Source of the DNA: an uncultured bacterium
GTDB lineage: Bacteria > Oederibacteriota > JAAXVQ01 > JAUVAV01
Assembly: GCA_963710755.1 (NCBI GenBank)
Contig: CAVQBK010000003.1
Span: forward strand, 32,001 to 96,000
Direction of reading: 5' to 3'
DNA length: 64,000 nucleotides
Each line of letters begins with the position of its first letter. The first letter of the stretch is position 1. Shown here one piece after another: positions 49,962-59,753 of the stretch. Made by a program: the position numbers and the translations under genes. A model generated the notes under the pieces. The model was not told where the DNA came from and ran no database searches. It was given only the letters and a program-made list of their open reading frames with translations.

Positions 49962-50684
49962 TTATTGAAAATAGCGATCGATCATCGTGCTATGTTGTCG
50001 CATAAAGGCTTTTTTTGTGCCGCTCCAGGCCACTTGCCCCTGGCGAATTACTAAAAAATGGTCAGCCACTTTTTCGGCATCATCCAGATTGTGGGTGACA
50101 ATAATACTGGCCACATGATGGTCCTCTTTTAATTTCTCGATCAATTCCAAAATGCTGCCGCGCGACACCGGATCAAGACCCGTGGTTGGTTCGTCATATA
50201 AAATAAGTTCCGGCTTGTAAATCAGAGCCCGCGCAATCGCCACCCGGCGGCGCATACCTCCCGAGAGTTCATCGGGCATCATGTCAATCGTATGGCGCAG
50301 TCCCACGGTGGCGAGCATATCCAGAACCTGATCTTCAATGTCAGCGTGGGTCTTTTTGTTGTGCTCCATGAAATAATAGCCTACGTTTTCACCGACCGTC
50401 ATGGAATCAAAAAGCGCACCGTCCTGGAAGACCATGCCAAAGCGCTTGCGGATATCCACCAATTCGTCATAGGGCACACGGCTGATATCACGGCCGTGGA
50501 TGAGCACCCGCCCCTGGTCCGGTAAGGCCAGGCCGAGGATGATCCTAAGAATCGTGCTCTTACCTGAACCGGAGGCGCCCAGAATGGCCAGGGTGGTCTG
50601 CCCCTGCACGGTCAGGGATACCTGTTGCAGGATTTGTTTGCCGCCAATACTATAGTCAATGTGATCCAGTTCCAGCATGATCAA
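49962..50684 (-). CDS. mlaF: MlaF ABC ATPase
   Basis: GASGSGKST, FQDGALFDS.TV.ENV, LSGGMRRRV, YDEPTTGLDP, VTH. Confidence 0.93.
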   Translation of the reverse strand: MIMLELDHIDYSIGGKQILQQVSLTVQGQTTLAILGASGSGKSTILRIILGLALPDQGRVLIHGRDISRVPYDELVDIRKRFGMVFQDGALFDSMTVGENVGYYFMEHNKKTHADIEDQVLDMLATVGLRHTIDMMPDELSGGMRRRVAIARALIYKPELILYDEPTTGLDPVSRGSILELIEKLKEDHHVASIIVTHNLDDAEKVADHFLVIRQGQVAWSGTKKAFMRQHSTMIDRYFQ

Positions 50685-51442
50685 ACCCCAAACATTTTGA
50701 GCACTACAAAACCAATAAAATAATTGGCCAAAAAAATCACCACTGAACTGGTCACCACGGCGCTGGCCGCGGCTTCACCCACGCCGCGTACGCCTTTGGA
50801 AGCGCGCAGGCCCATGTAAGTGGCAATACTGGCAATGATCAGGCCGAAGATAAAGGGTTTGATCATCCCGCCCGAAAGATGGCGCATGATAAAGGCTTTG
50901 CGGGCTTCGAACCAAAACATGCCCGGCGACACATGGGATACCAGGAATCCACCCAGCATGGCGATCAGATTGGTGACCATGGTGCACGCCGGCGCCATAA
51001 AAAATAAAGCCACCAGCCTGGGCGTCACCAGTTTTTGCATGGGATCCTGTCCCAGGCCTTCAATGGAATCAATCTGCTGGGTGACTTGCATAGAGCCCAG
51101 TTCTGAAGCAATGCGTGCCCCCAGCCGGCCGGCCAGCATAAGGCCGGTTATGACCGGTCCCAGTTCACGCACTGTGGCCACGGCCAACATGCGGCCGATA
51201 TAGACCTTGGCTCCATAGACCGACATCTCCGCTTCCAACAACAAGGTGATGGCCATGCCGATAAACAATCCCGTGGCCACCAGAATGCCGATGGACTGCA
51301 CGCCCAGTGCATCCATTTGTTCTATGACGTCCCGGGCATGGGGCGGCCTTTTTACCAACGACAGCAGGGCCTGGCCGACAAAAATAAAATAATCGCCCAC
51401 AGCATTGATGGTCTTTTTTATTTTTTCAATCAACTCCTGCAC
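50681..51442 (-). CDS. mlaE: MlaE ABC permease
   Basis: RELGPV..G.MLAGR.GA.IASELGSM.VT.QID, LV.PR; GTG start after AGGAGG. Confidence 0.93.
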   Translation of the reverse strand: MQELIEKIKKTINAVGDYFIFVGQALLSLVKRPPHARDVIEQMDALGVQSIGILVATGLFIGMAITLLLEAEMSVYGAKVYIGRMLAVATVRELGPVITGLMLAGRLGARIASELGSMQVTQQIDSIEGLGQDPMQKLVTPRLVALFFMAPACTMVTNLIAMLGGFLVSHVSPGMFWFEARKAFIMRHLSGGMIKPFIFGLIIASIATYMGLRASKGVRGVGEAAASAVVTSSVVIFLANYFIGFVVLKMFGV

Positions 51443-51729
51443 CGGGCCTCCTTGCACCTCATCACTCAGGGACCAAACAAGTCCGTGAGTGATGGGTTGC
51501 AAAGCACTTGAACATAATTAAAATAAAACATAGTCAAATGCGGTCTATTTTTGATTTTCGATCTTTATTTTTTGCTTTTCATTTTTCGGTTTTCAAAACC
51601 TGCTTCACCACAGACATTTTAAGATCATGAGTCAAGGCTTACCTTTTCACGGAATGACCCCGACCACGAGAACTGGGGTGGGGTGGTATGGGCCTGCCTG
51701 AGGATATGAGATCATCTCTGAATCACGAC

Positions 51730-52251
51730 TCAGGGATGCTTGGCTTTCCACTCCTTAAAACGGCGGTATTCATCCTCAAAGTTGGGCGTAAACAGGTCCT
51801 GCCCCAGGCTGGCTTCAATCTCCGAACTGGTCCAAAAACGGCCCTCTTCGATTTCCCGAGGTTCCGGTTCCACCGTTGCGTCCCAGATTGTGGAAAAGGT
51901 GTTGACCAGTTCTGTTTCCTGAGGACTGAACATCATATATTGATAAAGATGGGTCAACTGAACATGAATGATATGCAGTTCTTCTTTCAATTCCCGTTGG
52001 GCACCGTTCAGAATGGTCTCCCCCGGGCAGAGATGGCCTCCCACCGAGGTGTCCCATTTGCCGGGCTGAATGTCTTTGTGCTTGGCCCGCTTCTGGAGAT
52101 AGAGGCGACCGGTCCGGTCCCAAACCAGTACATGCACCACCCGGTGGATGAGGCCCTTTTGGCTGTGACATTCCTGCCTGGTGGCCAGCCGCAGCACCTC
52201 GCCCTGTTCATTAACCACTTCCAATAACTCTTCGTGTTCGCTCTCGCTCAT
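51730..52251 (-). CDS. NUDIX hydrolase (IPP-isomerase-like)
   Basis: HR.VHV, LQKR...K...PG.WD.SVGGH..PGE......RELKEEL. Confidence 0.9.
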   Translation of the reverse strand: MSESEHEELLEVVNEQGEVLRLATRQECHSQKGLIHRVVHVLVWDRTGRLYLQKRAKHKDIQPGKWDTSVGGHLCPGETILNGAQRELKEELHIIHVQLTHLYQYMMFSPQETELVNTFSTIWDATVEPEPREIEEGRFWTSSEIEASLGQDLFTPNFEDEYRRFKEWKAKHP

Positions 52252-52283
52252 AGCGCCCTAGTTTACCAAAAAATTAAAAAAGG

Positions 52284-53320
52284 AACAGCTTTTTTCAACA
52301 GGCCTTGTCTAGGCGCCATGGTGCCAGCCACATTTTCCTTTTCTTTGCTCCTCTCCCCAACTTATTTTGGGGAGAGGCAGGGTGAGGGGTACTGCAGTGA
52401 TCCTTTTAGTTTTTTTCTTTTGGTACCCTCACCTTACTCCTCTCCCTCTCCGAGGGAGAGGAATCATTTTATTCACCCCAATGGGAACCTTTTTATTTTT
52501 CAGTCAAGGGGACCTATTGACTTTGCTTAAACAGCTTTTTTCAACAGGTCTTGCCTAGGTGCCATGGTGCCAGCCACATTTTCCTTTTCTTTGCTCCTCT
52601 CCCCAACTTATTTTGGGGAGAGGCAGGGTGAGGGGTACTGCAGTGATCCTTTTAGTTTTTTTCTTTTGGTACCCTCACCTTACTCCTCTCCCTCTCCGAG
52701 GGAGAGGAATCATTTTATTCACCCCAATGGGAACCTTTTTATTTTTCAGTCAAGGGGACCTATTGACTTTGCTTAAACAGCTTTTTTCAACAGGTCTTGC
52801 CTAGGTGCCATGGCGCCAGCCACATTTTCCTTTTCTTTGCTCCTCTCCCCAACTTATTTTGGGGAGAGGCAGGGTGAGGGGTACTGCAGTGATCCTTTTA
52901 GTTTTTTTCTTTTGGTACCCTCACCTTACTCCTCTCCCTCTCCGAGGGAGAGGAATCATTTTATTCACCCCAATGGGAACCTTTTTATTTTTCAGTCAAG
53001 GGGACCTATTGACTTTGCTTAAACAGCTTTTTTCAACAGGTCTTGCCTAGGTGCCATGGCGCCAGCCACATTTTCCTTTTCTTTGCTCCTCTCCCCAACT
53101 TATTTTGGGGAGAGGCAGGGTGAGGGGTACTGCAGTGATCCTTTTAGTTTTTTTCTTTTGGTACCCTCACCTTACTCCTCTCCCTCTCCGAGGGAGAGGA
53201 ATCATTTTATTCACCCCAATGGGAACCTTTTTATTTTTCAGTCAAGGGGACCTATTGACTTTGCTTAAACAGCTTTTTTCAACAGGTCTTGTCTAGGCGC
53301 CATGGTGCCAGCCACATTTT
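52284..53320. repeat. Tandem array of a 246-bp palindrome-rich unit, about 4.2 copies
   Basis: Units start at 52284, 52530, 52776, 53022 and 53268 (AACAGCTTTTTTCAACAGG); near-identical; contain CCTCTCCC/GGGAGAGG REP-type hairpins. Confidence 0.97.
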
Positions 53321-53439
53321 ATTACAAGCCCTGTTTTCTAACAGCTGTAGTGACAAAACCTTGGGCTTAACGTAAAATACGTCAAATTGGTGCCAGCCTC
53401 CAATTCTCTGTGAAGATAATTAAAATAAAGGAGTTTCTT

Positions 53440-54147
53440 ATGCCCCGTGCCATTATCATCGGTGCCACCTCAGGCATTGGTCAGGCTTTGGCCCACCAGT
53501 TGGCAGCTAAAGGCTTTGACCTGGGACTTACCGGCCGCAGGCTGGACCGGCTGCAAGACTTACAACAACGCCTGAACGCCAAGATTCAAGAGATGGATGT
53601 AAGCCGGCCCGACCGGGCGCGCACCCAATTAACGGCCTTGATTGATGCCCTGGGCGGATTGGACCTGCTGATCATCAATGCCGGGGTTTCCCACCGCCAG
53701 GGTAATTGGGAACAGGAACAGGAAATGATTGCGGTTAATGTACTCGGTTTTACGGCCATGGCGCAGGCTGGGTTGACTTATTTCTTAGCCCAAGGCCAGG
53801 GCCACTTGGTGGGTATTTCTTCCATTTCCGCCTTGCGGGGCCGGGCCAACAACATTGCCTACTCGGCCACCAAAGCCTATGTGTCCAACTATTTGCAAGG
53901 CTGCCGCCAAAAAGCAGCGCATTTAAGAAAAGCGGTGGTTGTCACGGATCTCATCCCCGGCTATGTGGAAACCCGCCTGATTAAAGGCCATAAGGGTACC
54001 TTTTGGGTGGCATCAGTGGACAAGGCTGCCCGCCAAATGGTAGGGGCCATGCTAAGAAGAAAAAAACGTGCCTATATTACCCGCCGCTGGCGCCTAATCG
54101 CCTGGTTTTTAACCTTCATCCCCGACTGGCTCCATCAAAAACTTTGA
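53440..54147 (+). CDS. Short-chain dehydrogenase/reductase
   Basis: IIGATSGIG, INAG, ISS, YSATK, PGYVET; AAGGAG RBS. Confidence 0.93.
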   Translation: MPRAIIIGATSGIGQALAHQLAAKGFDLGLTGRRLDRLQDLQQRLNAKIQEMDVSRPDRARTQLTALIDALGGLDLLIINAGVSHRQGNWEQEQEMIAVNVLGFTAMAQAGLTYFLAQGQGHLVGISSISALRGRANNIAYSATKAYVSNYLQGCRQKAAHLRKAVVVTDLIPGYVETRLIKGHKGTFWVASVDKAARQMVGAMLRRKKRAYITRRWRLIAWFLTFIPDWLHQKL

Positions 54148-54243
54148 TCCTTGATAAAAACCCAGACGTTCTTGTTGCAAGGTAAACCATTGCCCCTTTT
54201 TATCCGACACTTAGGATAAGTCTATCCACGTATTGAGGTTAAA

Positions 54244-57087
54244 ATGGAGCCTTCCCTGTCGTCCCCCGCTACCGAGCATCACACCGGACCCCACGATGTT
54301 TTTGTGGTGGAAATCGGCGCAGATCAATGTATCACGTTGGTTAATCCCGAATTTTGCCGGCTGACGGGCATGCCCGAGCATGAGCTGGTCGGTTTGAACT
54401 GGTTTGAAACGTTTGTGCCTTTCGAATGGCGCCAAAATGAACAATTGAAATTCATACAGTTGGTTAGCGGCAAACGTTGCAATGTTCAGTATGAAGAAAA
54501 CGAAATCCTGCTCCCCAGTGGCAAACGGTTGGCCATGGGCTGGCATCATAAGGTGGTAAAAAACGAGCATGACAGTATTGTAGGACTGCTCAGCTCGGGC
54601 GAAGACCTCAACCGTAAATACCACGTGGAACTATCCCTGCAGGAAGAGCGGCAAAAAGCCCAGATTTATCTGGATATCGTTGATGTGTTGGTTATGGTGA
54701 CGGATGCAGCCCAACAAATCCTGCAAATCAACCGCAAGGGTTGTGCCCTTTTGGAGAGCATGGAAAAGGCCATTGTTGGTGCCAACCTTGACCAGTTTTT
54801 ACCGCAGCCGGTCTTGGAGCAGCTGCGCGCGGGTTTTCAAAATGCTTCCGCCCAGGAAAACAAAACCAGCCTGAGTTTGGAAAGCGAGCTGTTTACGGCC
54901 TCCGGCAACAGCCGCATCATCGCCTGGCATCATCAATTTTTAAAAAACAGTCGCGGTGAGGTGACGGCCACCTTGAGCTCCGGCATTGACATAAGCCAGC
55001 AACGGCGAGCGGAGAAGTTGTTGCGCATCCAGCGTGACCTGGCCTTGCTGCTAACGTCAGCATTCCCGCAGGACACCTTCTTTGAAAAGTTCATTAAAAA
55101 ATTATTTGAAATTCCCGGCATCCATCAGGTAGGTTTGTACGACTATAATCCCCAGCACCAAAAACTGGTTCTCCAAACTTTTCAGCCCGCCCTATGGGCG
55201 CCCACCTCCGTGCCGTTCAACGATGCTATACACAAAGACTATTTGGTTCAACTGGAGAAAGGTACTCCTGTCTTTCTTAATGAAAAAAACACCGCCTTCC
55301 CGTCCAGTCTGACGGTCTTTCGCAGCGTGACCATTATCCCCCTCAATCATGGCGGTCGTTTTCTAGGGGCTATCAATCTGGCCTCTTCCCACTATGATAA
55401 GTTGGAAGAGGATATCCTAAATGTGCTCTATACTCTGTGCGCCCAACTGAGTACCATCATGGTGCAGCTCGAGGACCGCCAGGTTTATCGCACCACTGAA
55501 GCCCTGAACCATAACATTCTGGAGAATGTAGGCATGGGCATGATTTTACTGGATACCCAATTTAAGGTCATGGCCGTGAACAGCCAGATCCGGCGATGGT
55601 TCACCGATGTAACCGTTCACCGTGACCTGCGTGGCCACCAACTTATTGCCCAAACCGATCACCTGCATGCCCAATGCCCGGTCCAGCAAAGTCTGGATGA
55701 TGGCCAGCGCCATGAGGCCATCATTCCCTTTGGCTCGGACTGTCAGCATCAACGCTTTTTCCGCATGATCACCTCGCCTGTGTTGGGTGAGGATAACCGC
55801 GTTATTATGGGTATTATTGTATTAATCGAGGATGTGACCCAAAAAATCAAGACAGAAGAAGCTGTGCATAACATGCATTTGCGCACCGCCCAGATTTTGG
55901 CCTCCATCCCCTCCATTCTCATTGGTCTCAATGCCCACGACCGTATCTTCGAATGGAATACGGCTGCTGAAAAAGCATTTGGCCTGACTCAGGCACAAAC
56001 CATGTATCAACCGTTTTCAGCCCTGCCTTTAACCTGGAGTTTGCCGCCGGAAGTTAAACGTTTTCGTGCAACGTTGACCGGGCAACAGGAGCTGCATTGT
56101 CCGCGGGTGCCTTATCAGCGCGCCGACGGCAAAGAAGGCATTCTTGATCTGCGCATTTCTCGTATGGCCGGCACCGAAAACCAGGCCGATGAATTTCTGA
56201 TCGTGGGGTTGGATATTACCAAGAACCGGCTGTTGGAAGCCCAATTGTTGCAAGCTCAAAAACTGGAGTCCATTGGCCAACTCTCCGCCGGCATTGCCCA
56301 CGAGATCAATACACCCATTCAATATGTAGGCGATAACATCCGCTTTCTCGATGAAACCTTTTTGGAGTTCCAAAACCTGATCAATGAATTTCTGAATTGT
56401 TATAGCGCCTTTGAAAAAAATCAGCTGGAAGGAACTATGCTCGAGCGGCTTAATACCTTTATCCGCGAGATTGATTTGGATTTTCTCATGGAGGAAATTC
56501 CCTCGGCGGTAAAACAAGCTCTGGAAGGCGTAGAACGGGTGGCCACCATCGTACGGGCCTTAAAAGGTTTTGCCCACCCTGACCGGCCCGGAGAAATAAA
56601 AACCATTGATATCAACCAAGCCATTCAAAATACCATTACGGTAGCACGCAACGAATGGAAATATGTGGCTGAGATGGAAACCCAATTAGCCCAGGATCTG
56701 CCCCTAGTGGCCTGTTATCCCGGTGAATTCAATCAGGTGATTCTAAATTTGATTGTTAATGCAGCCCATGCCATCGGGGAAAAACTCAGCGACAACTCCG
56801 AACAAAAAGGTAAAATCACCATTATCACCAGCAGTACCGCTGAAGAAGCATGCATTGTGGTTTCCGACACCGGCACCGGCATTCCCAAAACCATTCAGGA
56901 TAAAATATTTGATCCTTTTTTCACCACCAAAGAAGTAGGCAAAGGCACAGGTCAGGGTCTGGCCTTGGCCCGCACGGTCATTACGGAGAAACATCATGGC
57001 CGCCTGGGGTTTAAAAGCGTTCCCGGCGAGGGGACGACCTTCACCATCTATTTGCCGATCAACGGTCAGGAGAATCCTAATGACTAA
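54244..57087 (+). CDS. Multi-PAS/GAF sensor histidine kinase
   Basis: About 4 PAS domains and a GAF; QKLESIGQL.AGIAHEINTP.QY, NLIVNA, DTGTGI, FFTTK.VGKGTGQGL. Confidence 0.93.
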   Translation: MEPSLSSPATEHHTGPHDVFVVEIGADQCITLVNPEFCRLTGMPEHELVGLNWFETFVPFEWRQNEQLKFIQLVSGKRCNVQYEENEILLPSGKRLAMGWHHKVVKNEHDSIVGLLSSGEDLNRKYHVELSLQEERQKAQIYLDIVDVLVMVTDAAQQILQINRKGCALLESMEKAIVGANLDQFLPQPVLEQLRAGFQNASAQENKTSLSLESELFTASGNSRIIAWHHQFLKNSRGEVTATLSSGIDISQQRRAEKLLRIQRDLALLLTSAFPQDTFFEKFIKKLFEIPGIHQVGLYDYNPQHQKLVLQTFQPALWAPTSVPFNDAIHKDYLVQLEKGTPVFLNEKNTAFPSSLTVFRSVTIIPLNHGGRFLGAINLASSHYDKLEEDILNVLYTLCAQLSTIMVQLEDRQVYRTTEALNHNILENVGMGMILLDTQFKVMAVNSQIRRWFTDVTVHRDLRGHQLIAQTDHLHAQCPVQQSLDDGQRHEAIIPFGSDCQHQRFFRMITSPVLGEDNRVIMGIIVLIEDVTQKIKTEEAVHNMHLRTAQILASIPSILIGLNAHDRIFEWNTAAEKAFGLTQAQTMYQPFSALPLTWSLPPEVKRFRATLTGQQELHCPRVPYQRADGKEGILDLRISRMAGTENQADEFLIVGLDITKNRLLEAQLLQAQKLESIGQLSAGIAHEINTPIQYVGDNIRFLDETFLEFQNLINEFLNCYSAFEKNQLEGTMLERLNTFIREIDLDFLMEEIPSAVKQALEGVERVATIVRALKGFAHPDRPGEIKTIDINQAIQNTITVARNEWKYVAEMETQLAQDLPLVACYPGEFNQVILNLIVNAAHAIGEKLSDNSEQKGKITIITSSTAEEACIVVSDTGTGIPKTIQDKIFDPFFTTKEVGKGTGQGLALARTVITEKHHGRLGFKSVPGEGTTFTIYLPINGQENPND

Positions 57088-58285
57088 AAAATACATTCTG
57101 TTTGTGGACGATGAGCCCAATGTATTGCAAGGCTTACGCCGCATGCTCCGGCCTATGCGTGAGATTTGGGATATCGATACAGCTGAGAGCGGCCAGCAGG
57201 CTCTGGCCAAATTGCAGGAGAACCGTTTTGATATCATTGTCACAGATATGCGCATGCCCGGCATGGACGGCAGCCAGCTCCTGCAACAAGTGATGGACCG
57301 CTATCCCCATATGGTGCGCATTGTCCTGTCCGGTCAATCAGATCAGCAAAGTGTGATGCGGGCTCTGGGCCCGGCCCATCAATATCTGGCCAAACCCTGT
57401 GATACGGACACTTTAAAAGCCACGGTGCAGCGCGCCTGCACCTTGCAGCAACTTCTGGCCAACGAAGCGCTGCGGCAAATTGTCTCTCAAATCAAATCCC
57501 TGCCCAGCCTGCCTTCGCTGTATACGGAGATCATGAAGGAACTACGTACTGAAGATCCCAGTATTGAAAAAATCGGCCGCATCATTAATCGCGACGCCGC
57601 CATGTCCGCCAAAATCCTGCAGATCGTGAATTCAGCTTTTTTCGGCTTTTACAATAATATCCAGGATCCCACGCGCGCTGTCACCGTATTGGGATTGGAT
57701 AAAGTACGCTCGTTGGTACTCACTATCCATATTTTTGCTGAATTTAATCAGGCCCATCTCAAAACCTTCAACCTGGGCGAATTATGGCATCATAATCTGC
57801 TGGTGGGGGAATGTAGCAAAAAGTTGGCGCAAAGCGTATCCTCCGACAAGGCGCTGCTCGATGAATGCTATATGGCCGGGTTGTTACATGACACAGGTAA
57901 GTTGATCTTAATGAATCATCAACCCGAGCTCTATGCCCAGGTCGTGGCTCAGGCCAAGGAACGCCAGGCACCACTGGAGGTGGTGGAGCAGGACCTATTA
58001 GGCGCCACTCATGCCGAGGTGGGGGCCTATTTGCTGGGGTTGTGGGGCCTGCCGCCCTCCATTATCGAGGCCATTGCTTTTCATCATCATCCGCGCAGTT
58101 GTGAAAATCAAAGTGTCATACCCCTTAGTTTCGTGCATACCGCTGATGCCTTGGTCTTGAAAAATCACAGTGGGCCATTGTTGGGAGCTTCTGCCTTGGA
58201 TACTGACTATATTCAGCATATCGGCCTGGAACCTCAGCTCAACCGCTGGCAGGCCCAATGCGAAGAGTTGACGAGAAAGGACTAA
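57080..58285 (+). CDS. Response regulator with REC + HDOD domains
   Basis: FVDDE, TDMRMP.MDG, KP; LPSLP, KILQIVNSAFFG, GLLHD.GK, HAEVGAYLL.LWGLP. Confidence 0.92.
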   Translation: MTKKYILFVDDEPNVLQGLRRMLRPMREIWDIDTAESGQQALAKLQENRFDIIVTDMRMPGMDGSQLLQQVMDRYPHMVRIVLSGQSDQQSVMRALGPAHQYLAKPCDTDTLKATVQRACTLQQLLANEALRQIVSQIKSLPSLPSLYTEIMKELRTEDPSIEKIGRIINRDAAMSAKILQIVNSAFFGFYNNIQDPTRAVTVLGLDKVRSLVLTIHIFAEFNQAHLKTFNLGELWHHNLLVGECSKKLAQSVSSDKALLDECYMAGLLHDTGKLILMNHQPELYAQVVAQAKERQAPLEVVEQDLLGATHAEVGAYLLGLWGLPPSIIEAIAFHHHPRSCENQSVIPLSFVHTADALVLKNHSGPLLGASALDTDYIQHIGLEPQLNRWQAQCEELTRKD

Positions 58286-58289
58286 GGTC

Positions 58290-59444
58290 ATGGCTGATCG
58301 GGTTTTATTCGTGGATGACGAAGAGAATATCCTGCACGGTTACAAGCGCACCTTAAGACGGGAGTTTACTGTTGATATCGCCACCAGCGGCGCCCAGGCT
58401 CTGGCCATGATCGATGCTGCCCCGGCTTACCCGGTCATTGTGTCCGATATGCGCATGCCCCAAATGGACGGCGTGCAGTTTTTAAGCGAAGTAAGCCGGC
58501 GCTACCCGGACACAGTGCGCATCATGCTTACCGGCCAGGCCGACATGCAGGATGCCATTGCCGCCGTCAATGAAGGCCATATCTTTCGCTTTTTAACCAA
58601 GCCCTGCGATTCTGTTACCCTGACCAAAGCCTTGACCGCCGGCCAGAACCAATATCGGCTGATCACCGCGGAACGGGAGTTGCTGGAAAAAACCTTGAAC
58701 GGCAGTATTAAAGTGCTGATGACCATTTTGTCGTTGGTCAATCCTGAAGCCTTCAGCCGCGCCGACCGTATCCGCCAAATTGTGGCCGGCCTGGTCACAA
58801 CCCTGAATCTTCCTCAAGGCTGGCAATTCGAGACTGCAGCCTTGTTGTCTCAAATCGGCTTGGTCACGTTGCCCACTGATATCATGACCAAATATATCAG
58901 CAACCAGTCCCTGACCAGCCAGGAAACTACCATGGTAGAATCCTGTCCTACGGTCAGCCACGATCTGCTGGCCGATATTCCCCGCTTGGATAAAATTGCC
59001 AAGATGATCGCCTGGCAGCAGGAGAACTATGCCAACCTGCACGACACCGCCACCTTGGGCCAGCCCCTGTCCGATAAGGATCAGATTAAAATCGGAGCTC
59101 AATTATTAAAAATTGGCTTGGCCTATGACAATATGCGCCACCGCGAACAATGTGCCCATTCCCATACCCTTAACACCCTTAAAGATCAACCCGAGGTATA
59201 TCATCCTCAACTTGTTCAGGCCCTGGCCGGTCTGCAGGCGCAAGAGGCACAGACCGTATCACAGGAGGTCAGTATTTTTAATCTGGATACGCGCATGATT
59301 TTGGATCAGGACATGATCACACATAAAAATGTGTTTTTAGCGGCCAAAGGCACTGATGTAACCTCAACCTTGATCACCTTTTTGAAAAACTATGTTGTCC
59401 GTAATGAGGTGGATGAAATGGTCAAAGTGAAATTGCCGGCTTGA
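58290..59444 (+). CDS. Response regulator with REC + degenerate HD(-GYP)-like domain
   Basis: FVDDE, SDMRMP.MDG, FLTKP; AALLSQIG in place of LLHDIG; IPRL..IA. Confidence 0.85.
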   Translation: MADRVLFVDDEENILHGYKRTLRREFTVDIATSGAQALAMIDAAPAYPVIVSDMRMPQMDGVQFLSEVSRRYPDTVRIMLTGQADMQDAIAAVNEGHIFRFLTKPCDSVTLTKALTAGQNQYRLITAERELLEKTLNGSIKVLMTILSLVNPEAFSRADRIRQIVAGLVTTLNLPQGWQFETAALLSQIGLVTLPTDIMTKYISNQSLTSQETTMVESCPTVSHDLLADIPRLDKIAKMIAWQQENYANLHDTATLGQPLSDKDQIKIGAQLLKIGLAYDNMRHREQCAHSHTLNTLKDQPEVYHPQLVQALAGLQAQEAQTVSQEVSIFNLDTRMILDQDMITHKNVFLAAKGTDVTSTLITFLKNYVVRNEVDEMVKVKLPA

Positions 59445-59518
59445 AGCAACCATGCTGTCCTTGGGAATAAGGCGGGATGGCTGAGGCCCACAGCCTGGCG
59501 TAATTTCCAGTTTGAGAC

Positions 59519-59551
59519 AAAAAAATACCCTTCCCCAAGGGGAAGGGTATT
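59519..59551 (-). terminator. Rho-independent terminator after the tRNA
   Basis: AATACCCTTCCCC/GGGGAAGGGTATT hairpin with a T-tract on the - strand. Confidence 0.85.
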
Positions 59552-59555
59552 AAAC

Positions 59556-59630
<75 letters not shown>

Positions 59631-59663
59631 TCGTATATTAATGAAGTTTGTCCGAGGGGTAGG

Positions 59664-59692
59664 ACTTTAGCATATCTGCCCAGGAATGTCCA
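59664..59692 (-). promoter_or_regulatory. Putative tRNA promoter
   Basis: TGGACA-N17-TAAAGT with an extended TG. Confidence 0.5.
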
Positions 59693-59753
59693 GGGGGGCG
59701 GCTAAAAATTTTTAAATTTCCCGCATTTCAGTGCGGGTATTGGTGCGAACCCA

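Noticed and set aside
52284-53320. CRISPR array, or the repeated 63-98 aa ORFs as real genes
   Set aside because: Units are 246 bp with no unique spacers and there are no cas genes; the ORFs are translations of palindromic repeat DNA without an RBS.
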